A DNA stretch of 63,124 bases, counting the filler, from Chiloscyllium plagiosum (lineage: Eukaryota): the NCBI RefSeq assembly GCF_004010195.1. It is 5 parts of one record of this genome, joined end to end, with 100 filler letters (N's around TTAATTAATTAA, not from the genome) between each part and the next. Parts side by side here need not be neighbours in the genome. Positions count along the whole stretch, not along the records: positions 1 to 14,244 come from NC_057716.1; 4 more parts are not named here. One strand, 5' to 3'. How positions within the stretch are numbered: position 1 is the stretch's first letter; each line of letters begins with the position of its first letter. This document shows positions 1 through 11,449 of this stretch, one piece after another. The notes under the pieces are model-generated. The model was not told the DNA's origin. It made no database searches and worked only from the letters and a program-made list of their open reading frames with translations. The translations under genes and the position numbers were made by a program.

Positions 1-290
1 GTTTTAACGTAACTATGGAAAACGATAGGAGAGGTCCACAGGTTAAGGAGCTATGCTGGAACACAGCCAGTTTTGGGGCGATGAAACAGGATCCAGCAGA
101 GGTTGAGCGGGTGAGTCTGTTTGAAGGAAAAGAAACGACTGGAAAATGGGAGGCTTTTAAAAGTGTGAGACTGAAAATCCAGTGTCAGTATGTAACTGTT
201 AGGCTGAAAGGAAAATGGCAGGTTTAGGGATCCCTGGCTGATGAGGGATATTGAGGCTCTGGTCTGGCAAATGAAGATGGTATACATTGG
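1..290 (+). mobile_element. CR1-type LINE ORF2 fragment (EN-RT linker)
   Basis: Translation (LCWNTASFGAMKQD...GKWEAFKS...QYVTVRLKG) resembles the linker seen in the longer CR1 copy at ~58450-58700. Confidence 0.75.
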
Positions 291-548
291 GTTTAAGATT
301 TCCCTATCTACCGAACCTCTTCCAACCCTAAAGACGCAATCAATCTGTGGAGACCCTATAATCTTCTCACTGTCCCGATCCAGTTCCTAAAGGAACTGCG
401 ATCTGTGTAGCATGCTCCATCACTACCACCCACCCTGCCAATGTAAGCTCTTCCAGTATTCCCACCTATCTACTCATCTGCATAAACTTTTCCAGCCCTT
501 ACACCCCTATCTGTGTGAACATCACCGTCCCCTACAACACTTCCCCAC

Positions 549-1283
549 TGTTAAGACGGACCCGGAGGGTCCCGTCTTTGCGTGTTCTTTTGGAAGGAGA
601 GACTCACACTGGCAACTATGGTTAGACGCAGACAGCCGTTTATTCATAGAATCTTAACTGGTACAACGAATCTACAAGCATGCATTCGTTGGTGAAGGCG
701 TTCTCCCTTCTCGTTCAAACTTGTCACAATTATACTTCGCGCTGCCTGGAGTCCCCGGTCAGTTTGCCTTCCCCATTGGTCCATTCATCTGCGCGCGCTG
801 GGGATCCGTCCTCCTATTGGCCGCATCGAAGTGCCTGTCCAGCTCCTGCTGTGCTTGACAATGGCTCAGCCATCCCCGGGAGCGGTTCCGATCACGTATT
901 CAATAGTTCATTGTTTCAAGGAATTACTATGCGTCTGACAGGCTAGCCATTTTCAATAGTTTCAGTTTAACTAAATTGTCAATTACACTTATCAACTTTA
1001 GACTTAAATAGAGCCATTCACACTCAATAGTTACAGGTTCCGATACAGCAATTCACACTTGTCTAACAGTTACAGATTCCGATCGGTTTCTTTATTAATC
1101 CCGAGTTTCGATGGGGCAATTGATACTGGCTGGTATTTACAGGCTCCAAGATTTAATTAACATTATGCATATCCCTTATAAGCTCCAGCTAGGTAGTCAT
1201 GCAGTCGCCTGCAGCAGCTCGCTTGGCTGTTGTTAACCATTTCAGGGCTAGAAGTGTCATCCTCCCTAGCCCTACATTAAACA
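549..1283 (-). mobile_element. Candidate solo LTR
   Basis: Begins TGTTAA and ends TTAAACA (imperfect terminal inverted repeat); minus-strand AATAAA at ~639-644; CpG-rich core; flanks cccac/cccca are a near-TSD. Confidence 0.4.
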
Positions 1284-1309
1284 CCCCAGTGAAATCTCCC
1301 CAACAATGG

Positions 1310-1590
1310 TTAGCATTGGTTTTAGAGTATTAGGGTTAGGGTTAGAGGTCGGGTGAGGGTTAGGGTTAATGGTAGATTTATGAGTATGGGAAGTGGTAGG
1401 GTTAGGTGTAAGAGTAGGGTTCATGGCAGGTTAGGGTGAGGGGTAGGGTTTGGCTTAGTGTCAGGATCAGAGTTAGTGTTATGTTATGGGTCAGGGTTAC
1501 GGTCAAGGTTCAGCTTTGTGTTGGGTTTGGGTTAGAATTAGGGTTAGGGTGAGATGGTTAAGATTTGGTTGCAGGCAATGGGTAGGGGGC
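1310..1590 (+). repeat. Degenerate (TTAGGG)n telomere-like array
   Basis: Runs of ttaggg/tgaggg/tcaggg variants. Confidence 0.85.
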
Positions 1591-1783
1591 CCCAGACTGC
1601 TTCACCGTGACCGACTGGCATGAGGACCCATTTACTCAGCGTCAAGGGTTCAATGGATATAAAAAATAAGCTGCTAACAGCTAAACTGATGTGATTAGCA
1701 AACCTTCACAGAGAAAAGGAAATGTAACATGTAACCACAGATCAGACTCTGGTTCAGCTCCAGGTAAAAAGAAAAAGGACAAG

Positions 1784-2300
1784 AGAGTCTCATGACATCA
1801 GGTCATTGGTGGGCAAGGAAATCTCCTGCTGCTTACTAATTACTGCCTGCCATTCTGTTGAATCTGTACTCCTCCATGTTGACCACTACCTGGAAGAAGC
1901 ACTGAGATTGACAATGGAAAAGAATGTCCTTGTGATTGGGGATTTCAATGTCCACAGCTGAGTGTCTTGGCAATAACATTTCTGATGGAGCTAGTTGAGC
2001 CTTGAAGTCATAGCTGTTAGACTTGTTCTACAGTAGATGGTCAGGAAACAAATAGATGAAAAAATCTGTTTGAACTTAAAAGATATTTGGACAGGCATAT
2101 GACTTGGAAAGGTTTAGAGGAATAAAGGCCAAATGCAGGCAAATGGAACTGCTCCAGTTTAGGAAACTTGGTCAGCATTGACAAGTTGGACCGAAGGGTC
2201 TGTTTCTGTGCTATAGGACTCTATTACTTTACGATTCTATGAATGCATCCTTAACAATTTGACTGTTGCCGATGCAACTGTACATTATTGTATCATTAGG
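1784..2300 (+). mobile_element. Old LINE endonuclease fragment with an inserted CR1 3' tail (~2075-2240)
   Basis: GQGNLLL...SVLLHVDHYLEEAL...VLVIGDFNVH APE-type motif; CR1 tail ggaccgaagggtctgtttc. Confidence 0.65.
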
Positions 2301-2349
2301 AGTTTGCAGCAGACTTCAACCAGAAGTGCTCAATTGATGATTTTTCTCC

Positions 2350-3152
2350 AGGTTAGAGTGCAATAGGTTTAGGGTTAGGATTTAGGATTAGAGTGAGGGT
2401 TGGGTTTAGGGTTAGGGTTAGGTTTAGGTTTACCATTTAGAGTTACAGTTTACTGCTTAGGGTTAAGATTATGGATGGAGGTACATTTTAGGGTCGGGTT
2501 GGGTTTAAGTTGTGATTGGGGTTTAGGGTGATATATTTTATGTTATGGTTTGTTAGGGCTAGGGTTAGGAATTGGGTATGGTTGGGTGAGGGAGAGGGTC
2601 AGAGTCAAGGTCAGGATCTGGGACAGGATCATTGTCATGGTTCGGCTTTGGGTCATGACTAGGGTGAGGATGAGGGTAGGAGTGAGGCTTATGAATTGGT
2701 GAGGGTGTAGGTGAGGGTTAGGGTGAATGTGAGGGTGAATGTGAATTATAGGGTTTAGGGATCGTGTTAAGGTTTAGATTTTGGTTGGAGTTAGGGTTAG
2801 GGTAGGATTTAGGGTTAAGGTTTGGGTTTGGGATTAAGGTGAGAGTTGGGATTCAAATTAGGATCATAGTTAGGGTTAGAGTTAAGGTTAGGGTGAGGGC
2901 TAAGGCTAGGGTTAGGATTAGTATTAGCATTAGCACCACCCTCACCTGCGATAGGATTAGAGTTAGGCCTTATGTCAGAGGGTGGGCTTAGTGTTAGGGC
3001 TAGGTTTAGTTGTTGGGGTGAGGGTTAGGTTTATGGTTGGGGTTAGGCTTAGGGCTAGTGGTTGGGTTAGGGCCAGGGTTAGAGTTAGGGTTAGGGTTTA
3101 GGGCTAAGGTTAGAGTTAAATTTAGGGCTAGTGTTTGGGTTAGGGGTTAGGG
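2350..3152 (+). repeat. Degenerate (TTAGGG)n telomere-like array
   Basis: Dense ttaggg and single-base variants. Confidence 0.9.
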
Positions 3153-3250
3153 ATGAAAATGTGTTGCTGGAAAAGCGCAGCAGGTCAGGCAGCATCCAAG
3201 GAGCAGGAGAATTGACATTTTGGGCAAAAGCCCTTCATCAGGAATAAAGG
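3153..3250 (-). mobile_element. Penelope-like terminal fragment with decayed hammerhead
   Basis: Minus strand CTGATGAAGGGCTTTTGCCCAAAATGTC, same family as 14165-14240 and 31261-31391. Confidence 0.75.
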
Positions 3251-3676
3251 GGAGTGTCAATTCTCCCAGTTCAGGGATGTTGGTAATTTGGTTTAGTTTT
3301 TGCAGTTAAAAACTGTTGTGGGCAGAGAAGCCTCTGTAGTAAGAAGAGGTTCCATGCTTCCCCAAATGATTCCTAGCTGAACCCCTCTCTCTGACATCTC
3401 TGCTGTAAGAACCTGGGTTTGAATTTACCTTTTTGCAAGGGAGTGTGTTTATGGGGCATGTTGCAGGAAATTGGAACAGTTTAAACCTGTTGGACTATAA
3501 CCTGGTGTTGTGTGATTTTTAACTAATTAAGTTCCGATAGAGTCAGGTGAGTTTTCAGATAGGTTGTTATTCTATATTCTTTTATTCGTGTTTCATTCGG
3601 TAGTCTGTAAATAAATTCTGTTTTGTTTAAAAGAACTGATTAGTTTGACCATTTGCATCACTCCTGGAAAATCCAC
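3251..3676 (+). mobile_element. Older LTR-like element split by the ERV (resumes at ~11365-11450)
   Basis: AATAAA at ~3610; sequence continues after the ERV 3' TSD and ends ...ggtctggcctggtccattac; contains a short PLE tail at ~3481-3523. Confidence 0.45.
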
Positions 3677-3968
3677 TGAAGACAGAAAATAACTAAATAA
3701 GAAATAGTTACAGAATACGACGTTGTGGTATGGCGTTGCTGGAAGCAGCAATCTCTGTGTGTCTGCACAGAACACAACGGCATAGTGCGCCGCACATGCG
3801 CAGAACACAAGAAACCATCTTTCGTGAGTTTTAGTTGTACACATCATCCAGACCTGGGAGACGGCGTGGTCAAGGGTCAAAGTCACGCTGCCCCTCCCAA
3901 AAGCTTTTGATTTAACACATTTGATTGACTTGCTCTTAAATTTGAGTTTTATTAATTTTATTATAACA
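3677..3968 (+). repeat. ERV 5' LTR (292 bp)
   Basis: TG...CA ends; aligns with 9878-9966 plus 11160-11359. Confidence 0.9.
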
Positions 3969-3971
3969 AAT

Positions 3972-3989
3972 TAGTGCTGCGAGCACGGT
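3972..3989 (+). promoter_or_regulatory. Primer binding site, tRNA-Ser(CGA)-like
   Basis: tagtgctgcgagcacggt 3 nt after the LTR; 13/18 match to TGGCGCTGTGAGCAGGAT (recalled vertebrate Ser-CGA PBS). Confidence 0.55.
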
Positions 3990-4180
3990 CCTGTTCATGG
4001 TCCCAGGTGGAGTCGCCACTTCCCGGGAGTCGGGGCAGGACATCGGGGAAAAGCAGATCAAACTATAGAAGCTGTTGATCTGGTAAGAGTGAATGAGAGA
4101 GTGTCTGAGTTGTGTCATACTCAGATGCAAGTGTGATTGTTCCTGCCTGAGATAAAGGCCTAGATTAAATAACCTTGAAT

Positions 4181-4215
4181 CACCTGATGAAGGAGCATCG
4201 CTCCGAAAGATAGTG
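4181..4215 (+). ncRNA. Minimal type-I hammerhead ribozyme motif in a ~92-bp PLE insertion (4173-4264)
   Basis: cac-CTGATGA-a-ggagc(atc)gctcc-GAAA-gata-gtg; insertion flanked by 13-bp TSD ctagattaaataa (4160-4172, 4265-4277). Confidence 0.75.
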
Positions 4216-4464
4216 CTTCCAATTAAACCTGTTGGACTATAACCTGGTGTTGTGTGATTTTTAACTAGATTAAATAAGCGGGATACGGGGAAATGATCAC
4301 TCCCTAAAACAGGTATCGCCGGACTCCGGTAGGTGGAAAAACAGGCGGCAGTCGTGGTCGGTGGGTAAATGCGAGCGACAGAGGATCTGTGAGTATAAAC
4401 CTATCAGTGTTATGGCAGGGCAGGGAGATCAATGGGGACCCCCCCTGGTCTCTCATTGATCAAG

Positions 4465-5602
4465 GTAAAAACAATGACAGCAGATGCTAGAAACCAGATT
4501 TTGGATTAGTGGTGCTGGAAGAGCACAGCAGTTCAGGCAGCATCCGAGGAGCAGTAAAATCGCATTTCGGGTAAAAGCCCTTCATCAGGAATAAAGGCAG
4601 AGAGCCTGAAACGTGGAGAGATAAGCTAGAGGAGTGTGGGGGGTGAGGAGAAAGTAGGATAGAGTACAATAGGTGAGTGGGGGAGGGGATGAAGGTGATA
4701 GGTCAGGGAGGAGGGTGGAGNNNNNNNNNNNNNNNNNNNNNNNNNNNNNNNNNNNNNNNNNNNNNNNNNNNNNNNNNNNNNNNNNNNNNNNNNNNNNNNN
4801 NNNNNNNNNNNNNNNNNNNNNNNNNNNNNNNNNNNNNNNNNNNNNNNNNNNNNNNNNNNNNNNNNNNNNNNNNNNNNNNNNNNNNNNNNNNNNNNNNNNN
4901 NNNNNNNNNNNNNNNNNNNNNNNNNNNNNNNNNNNNNNNNNNNNNNNNNNNNNNNNNNNNNNNNNNNNNNNNNNNNNNNNNNNNNNNNNNNNNNNNNNNN
5001 NNNNNNNNNNNNNNNNNNNNNNNNNNNNNNNNNNNNNNNNNNNNNNNNNNNNNNNNNNNNNNNNNNNNNNNNNNNNNNNNNNNNNNNNNNNNNNNNNNNN
5101 NNNNNNNNNNNNNNNNNNNNNNNNNNNNNNNNNNNNNNNNNNNNNNNNNNNNNNNNNNNNNNNNNNNNNNNNNNNNNNNNNNNNNNNNNNNNNNNNNNNN
5201 NNNNNNNNNNNNNNNNNNNNNNNNNNNNNNNNNNNNNNNNNNNNNNNNNNNNNNNNNNNNNNNNNNNNNNNNNNNNNNNNNNNNNNNNNNNNNNNNNTCT
5301 TTAGAGACCGCAATTTCCCTTCCCACGTGGTTAAAGATGCCCTCCAACGCATCTCGTCCACATCCCACACCTCCGCCCTCAGACCCCACCCCTCCAACCG
5401 TAACAAGGACAGAACACCCCTTGTGCTCACCTTCCACCCTACCAACCTTCACATAAACCAAATCATCCGCCGACATTTCCGCAACCTTCAAAAAGACCCT
5501 ACCACCAGGGATATATTTCCCTCCCCACCTCTTTCCACCTTCCACAAAGACCGTTCCCTCCGTGACTACCTGGTCAGGTCCACGCCCCCCCTACAACCCA
5601 CT
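4465..5602 (+). mobile_element. Penelope-like element: inverted terminal repeat (4465-4720) plus ORF fragment (5298-5602), spanning a gap
   Basis: FRDRNFPSHVV...RTPLVLTFHPTN...FHKDRSLRDYLVRS is typical of the PLE RT-to-GIY-YIG linker; minus-strand hammerhead remnant at ~4556-4592. Confidence 0.85.
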
Positions 5603-5604
5603 TA

Positions 5605-7510
5605 GATAGGAGATTGGAGAGTTATACATTAGCCAGAAAATATCTAAAGAGAGTGGATATGAGAATTTGTTGGCAAATAGGATCAATGGAAACCTTAAGA
5701 TCTTCTATAGGTATATCAGGAATAAAAGAATGACTAGAGTAAAATTAGAGACAATCAAAAATAGTAGTGGGAAGTTGTGTGTGGAATCTGAGGGCATAAG
5801 AGAAGCTCTTAATTAATACTTTTCGTCAGTATTCACATTGGAAAAGGGCAATGTTAGTGAGAGTACGAACATACAAGATTAGATGGGATTGAGGTTGAAA
5901 AAGAGGAGGTTTTAGCAATTTTGGAAGATCTGAAAATAGATAAGACCCCTTGGGCTGGATGGGATTTATCCTCAGATTCTCTGGGAAGCCAGGGAGGAGA
6001 TTAGAAACCCTTTGGCTTCGATCTTTATGTCATCATTGTCGACAGGAGTAGTACCAGAAGAGTGGAGGATAACAAATGTTGTTACCTTGTTTAAGAAAGG
6101 GTGTCGGAACAGCCCTGTAATTATAGGCCAGTGAGCCCTACTTTGGTTGTGGGTAAGGTGTTGGAAAAGGTTATAAGAGATAGGATTTATACTCATCTGG
6201 AAAGGAATAATTTGATTAGGGATAGTCAACATGGTTTTGTGAAGGGGTAGGTCGTGTCTCACTAACCTTATTGACTTCTTCGGGAAGGTGACAAAACAGG
6301 TGGATGAAGGTAAAGCGCTTGATGCGATGTATATGGACTTCAGTAAGGCGTTTGATAAGGTTTCACATGGTAGTCTATTGCACAAGATATGGAGTTTCAG
6401 GATTGAAGGTGATTAAGTAGTTTGGATCAGAAATTGGCTAGCTGAAAAAAGACAGAGGGTGGTGGTTGATGGGAAATGTTCAACCTGGAATTCAGTAACT
6501 AGTGGTGTACCACAACGATCTGTTTTGGGGCAACTGCTGTTTGTCATTTTTATAAATGACCTGCATGTGGACAGAGAAGGATGAGTTAGTAAATTTGTGG
6601 ATGGCACTAAGGTGGGCAGAGTTGTGGATAGTGCCGAAGAATGTTGTTGGTTACAGAGGAACATAGATAAAATGCAGAGCTGAGTTGAGAAGTGGCAAAT
6701 GGAGTTTAATGTGGAAAGGTGTGAGTAGTTCACTTCAGAAGAAATAACAGGAAAGCAGAGTACTGAGCTAATGGTAAAATTCTTGGCAGTGTAGATGAAC
6801 AGAGAGATTTCGGTGTCCTGGTGCATAAATCCCTGAAAGTTGCCACCCAGGTTGATAGGGTTGTTAAGAAAGCATATGGTGTGTTGGCATTTATTGGTAG
6901 GGGGATTGAGTTTCGGAGCCACAAGATCATGTTTCACCTGTACAAGACACTGGTAAGGCCACACCTGGAGTATAGCATGGAGTTCTAGTCACTGATTATA
7001 GGAAGGATGTGGAAGCTTTGGAAAGGGTTCAGAGGAGATTTGCTGTGATGTTGCCTGGTATGGAAGGAAGGTCTTACTAGGAGAGGCTGAGGGAACTGAG
7101 GCTGTTTCTGTTGGAGAGAAGAATGTTGAGAGGTGACTTAATCGAGACCTGTAAAATAACCAGAGGGCTAGACAGGATGGACAGTGAGAGCCTTTTTCCT
7201 CGGATGGTGAAGGCTAACACGAGGGGACACAAGTTTAAATTGTGGAGTGATAGATTTAGGACAGATACTAGGGGTAGTATCTTCACTCAGAGAGTAGTAG
7301 GGGCATGGAACACCTGCCTGCAACAGTAGTAGACTCACCAATATTAAGGGCATTTAAATGGACATTGGGCGTACATATGGGTAATAATGGAACAGTGTAG
7401 GTTAGATGGGAATGAGATTATTTTTCACAGGTCAGCGCAACATTGAGGGCCAAAGGGCCTGTACTGCGCTGTAATGTTCTATGTTCTGTAATGTTCTATG
7501 TTCTGTATTC
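5605..7510 (+). mobile_element. CR1/HER1-type LINE, RT domain to 3' end
   Basis: YMDFSKAFDKV, SGVPQ, FVDGTK, RPHLEY motifs; (tgttcta)n tail. Confidence 0.92.
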
Positions 7511-7511
7511 T

Positions 7512-8273
7512 AAGATGTATTGCCTTGTGATTATTGACCAATTCACCAGGTGGGTTGAGGCCTACCCTACCTAGAACTGCCCAGCTAACACTGTGGAAAG
7601 AATTTTAGCTGTGGAGGTGATTCCCAGGTGGGGGGTACCGACCCAGATTGACTCCGACTAGGTGACCCATTTTACTGGAAGAGTTGTAAAAACCATATGT
7701 CAGCTGATTGGCATTAAAGAGAAATTTCACATACCCTACCATCCACAAAGTTCTAGCATGATGGAGCAAACGAACAGAATTCTTAAAATCTCCTTTGCTA
7801 AGGCCGTGCACAAATCTGACAAACACTGGACTGAAGTCCTGTCTGCTATACTCATACGACTCCGCTCCATCACAAGCCGGTGAATTGGTTTGAACCCTTA
7901 TGCGTTGATGATAGGTAGGGCAATACAACTGCCCAAGTCCATCATCATGTGGGGTTGCGATGTTGGCCCTCTCCACGATAGAATATGTTGCTATGTGCTC
8001 GAACTGAGCGCTCAGCTGAAGGAGATGTAGAAGACATTCAGGGACAAACAGGAAGGGTGGGATGAACAGATGCAATTAGCGGATTGTCTGGAGATCCCAT
8101 CAGCAGGTAGTAAGGTTGTAGTGAAGACTACCCACTAAACATGGCTTCGCCCAAAGTGGCATGATCCCTATGAGGTTATCATTAGCGGTGATATGTGCGC
8201 CTGTATTGACATGTGAGGGAAGGGGATCTGGAAACAATAGTCACAACTGAAGAAACATACAGACAATGGTTGA
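7512..8273 (+). pseudogene. pol: Retroviral pol, integrase core and C-terminus (disrupted)
   Basis: YCLVIIDQFTRWVEAYP, IPRWGVPTQIDSD*VTHF, HIPYHPQSSSMMEQTNRILK (D,D35E); KWHDPYEV GPY-like motif; in-frame stops. Confidence 0.92.
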
Positions 8274-8431
8274 TGATCCTCACCCTCTGCTTTCTTTTCA
8301 AACTGACTCCTCTCAAGGCCTGCTGATGTTGTTTGTGCGCAGTTGTTGTGAACGGACCAAGAATGCAGGCTGTTGCACGCGGGCAGTTTAGCATTTGGAC
8401 CATTATATAATTCCATTCAGTAAGCTCCGGC

Positions 8432-9829
8432 ATGTTTCTGTTTATTTTTGCCTTCATCCTTCACCTAGTAGCCACTGGTGGGGAGCACCGAAGAAATTGC
8501 ACCAACCTAGGTTCTGTTCACCGGAGTAGGCGTGGATTACATGTTAATACCTATATGTGTCCTATATGCATGTGCAGCAAACTAACATCTCTAAATGCTG
8601 GGTCTTTGCTCGAATCCCTGCACGCAGTAGTCAGGGGATTCCTCTGTGACCCATTCTGTTTAATAAATCAGAAACGGCGGAATGGTGGTTGAACCAGGAC
8701 CGATCCACACATTTATCCATTTGGAGGGGGATAGGTCTGACAGAGAACCTCACGAGTCATTTATGTGAGGCTCTGCGATAGGGTTATGCTGCCAATGGGA
8801 GACCATGGGTTATAACTTGCAAAACTATAAACGCTGATTCCAGCCTCACTACGACTTGATGCATACACCCCCCTGGCTCTGTCCCTCACAAACACCATAG
8901 GTGAAGGAACTATTTGTTTTAAATGTAATCGCACTTTAGGGTGGAATGCCAGAACCAGCGAATGTTTCCATTCCCTGCTCCTTACCCTATCCGGCCGCCA
9001 ATCGTTTCTTTCTGGAAGTATTCTGAGCCTTGAGGTTGTCAACATGACTACAGGTAAAACGTTCAAAACCATTTGGATGGCAATTCAGACTGATTACCTG
9101 AGGACTTACAATGGTACTTATTTTGTCTGTGGTCTCAAGTCCTACCCTTGGATCCCTCCAAACTTGTCCCTTTTGTTTGCCATTACAACTCTCTCTGCCT
9201 TCATCCCAACCTACACCTACTTCGATCCAAATGGTCCATCACTGAGACTGAGCAATTCTTTATGATCACCTTTCCTTCCTATTAGACTGGTAAGGCTGCT
9301 ATGGAACTGATCAATATGGCCTCAACCTCGGAAAGGCTGGCTAATGAGACTGCTGGTTGCTTTGCAGCTGTTAGCACAGCCATCTCCATGGTGTCGTCTG
9401 AGGTCATTGCCACCCATGCTGTTGCATTGCGAACCATTTGGCCCTTGACTATTTGCTAGCGGCACGAGGTGGCACCTGTGCTGTTTTGGTCCTGAGTGCT
9501 GCACATACATTCCGGATACCTCGGACAATATAACTAACCTAGTGGATCACATCTGCCTGGAGGCTACGATCTGGCAGGAAGGGAAGCAGTTTCATGATTT
9601 TAATCCCCCAGGGTGGCTAGGATAGCTACAAGGTGGATCTTGGGGCTCGTACCTTTTGCATGTCTTCATCATGTTCACTGTTATTGTCATCGCTTGTTGC
9701 GTTGTTATGGCTGTCCTTAACTCATGTTGTGAAGTTTTGACAGTGAGAATTATGCCGGGTGCAAGCCTCCACTTTGAGTCGCTTGGGAATCATCCCCTTT
9801 CTGGCCCCATTGATGATTACTGGATGTAG
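8432..9829 (+). pseudogene. env: Retroviral envelope, gamma-type (SU+TM), frameshifted
   Basis: Hydrophobic signal peptide; CWVF (degenerate CWxC) at 8596-8607; GTYFVCG; RSK(W) former furin site at 9223-9234; ISD L(Q)NHLALDYLLA; CX6CC CAVFGPECC; membrane span YLLHVFIMFTVIVIACC. Confidence 0.92.
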
Positions 9830-9877
9830 GTGGTCTGTTCGTCATGCTCCTGAATGTCTTGGACTACAAGGGGGATT

Positions 9878-11359
9878 TGAAGACAGAAACTAACTGAAAA
9901 AGAAATACTTAGAGACTACCATGTCGTGGTATGCCACTCCCGGAAACAGTGATCTCTGCGTGCGCATAGTCATAGTCATAGAGATGCACAGCACGGAAAC
10001 AGACCGTTCGGTCCAACTCATCCATGCCAATCAGATATCCCAACTCAATCTAGTCCCACCTGCCAGCACCTGGTCCATATCCCTGCAAACCCTTCCTATT
10101 CATATACCCATCCAGATGCCTTTTAAATGTTGCAATTGTACTAGCCTCCACCACTTCCTCTAGCAGCTTATTCCATACACGTACCACCCTCTGTGTGAAT
10201 AAGTTGCCCCTTAGGTCTCTTTTATATCTTTTCCCTCTCACCCTAAACCTCTGCCCTCTAGTTCTGGACTCCCCACTCCAGGGAAGAGACTTTATCTATT
10301 TATCCTATCCATGCCCCTCATGATTTTATAAACCTCTATAAGGTCACCCCTCAGCCTCTGATACTCCAGGTAAAACAGTCCCAGCCTATTCAACCTCTCC
10401 TTATAACTCAAATCCTCTAACCCTGGCAACATCCTTGTAAATCTTTTCTGAACCCTTTCAAGTTTCATAACATATTTCTGATAGGAAGGATACCAGAATT
10501 GCATGCAATATCCCAAAAGTGGCCTGACCAGTATCCTATACAGCCACAACATGACCTCCCAATTCCTGTACTCAATACTCCAACCAATAAAGGAAAGCCT
10601 ACCAAACAGCTTCTTCACTATCCTATCTACCTTCGACTCCACTTTCAAGGAGCAGTGAATCTGCACTCCAAGGTCTCTTTGTTCAGTAACACTCCCTTAG
10701 GACCTTACCATTAAATGGACAAGTCCTGCTAAGATTTGCTTTCCCAAAATGCAGCATCTCACATTTATCTAAACTAAACTCCATCTGCCACTTCTCAGTT
10801 CATTCGCCCATCTGATCAAGATCCCATTGTAATCTGAGGTAATCTTCTTCACTGTCCACTACGCCTCCAATTTTGGTGTCATCTGCAAACTTACTAACTA
10901 TACCTCTTCAGCTCACATCCAAATCATTTATATAAATGACGAAAAGTAGTGGACCAGTGCCGATCCTTGTGGTGCTCCACTGGTCACAGGCCTCCAGTCT
11001 GAAAAACAACCCTCCACCATGACCCTCTGTCTTCTATCTTTGAGCTAGTTCTGTATCCAAATGGCTAGTTCTCCCTGTATTCCATGAAGTCCAACCTTGT
11101 TAACCAGTCTCCCATGGGGAACCTTGTTGAACGCCTTACTGAAGTCCATATTGGTCACGTCTGCATGCGCAGAACAGAAGAAACCGTCTTTCACAGGCTT
11201 TTGTTGTACACGCCATCCAGACCTGTTGTTCAGGGAGAGACAGCGTGGTCAAGTCCCGTGGTTAGGGTCAGAATCACATTGCCCTTCCCAAAAGCTTTTG
11301 ATTTAATAAATTTGATTGACTTGCTTCTAAATTTGAGTTTTATTAATTTTACTACAACA
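9878..11359 (+). repeat. ERV 3' LTR interrupted by a CR1 insertion
   Basis: Follows the purine tract aagggggat; AATAAA at 11305-11310; ends ...actacaaca followed by the TSD. Confidence 0.9.
9967..11159 (-). mobile_element. 5'-truncated CR1 LINE inside the 3' LTR
   Basis: RT C-terminal translation (ORF 10292-10666), (ctatga)n tail, 12-bp TSD tctgcRtgcgca at 9955-9966 and 11160-11171. Confidence 0.92.
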
Positions 11360-11449
11360 TCCACCTTGCATCTGCTTAAAACAACTAAAAAAGTTAAAGT
11401 CTGGGCTACCTTCTTGAAACGTTTTCAGGTGGTCTGGCCTGGTCCATTA

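Larger units (their letters stand above)
3677..11359 (+). mobile_element. Endogenous retrovirus (class I-like, gamma-type env), decayed provirus
   Basis: Two homologous LTRs (TGAAGACAG...ACA), 5-bp TSD tccac at 3672-3676 and 11360-11364, PBS, PPT at ~9868-9875, integrase and env remnants. Confidence 0.93.

Noticed and set aside
4585..5605. Long ORFs of 200-340 aa here and at other gaps (13436-14243, 29132-30339, 52723-53563, 60926-61895)
   Set aside because: Their length comes from translated Ns
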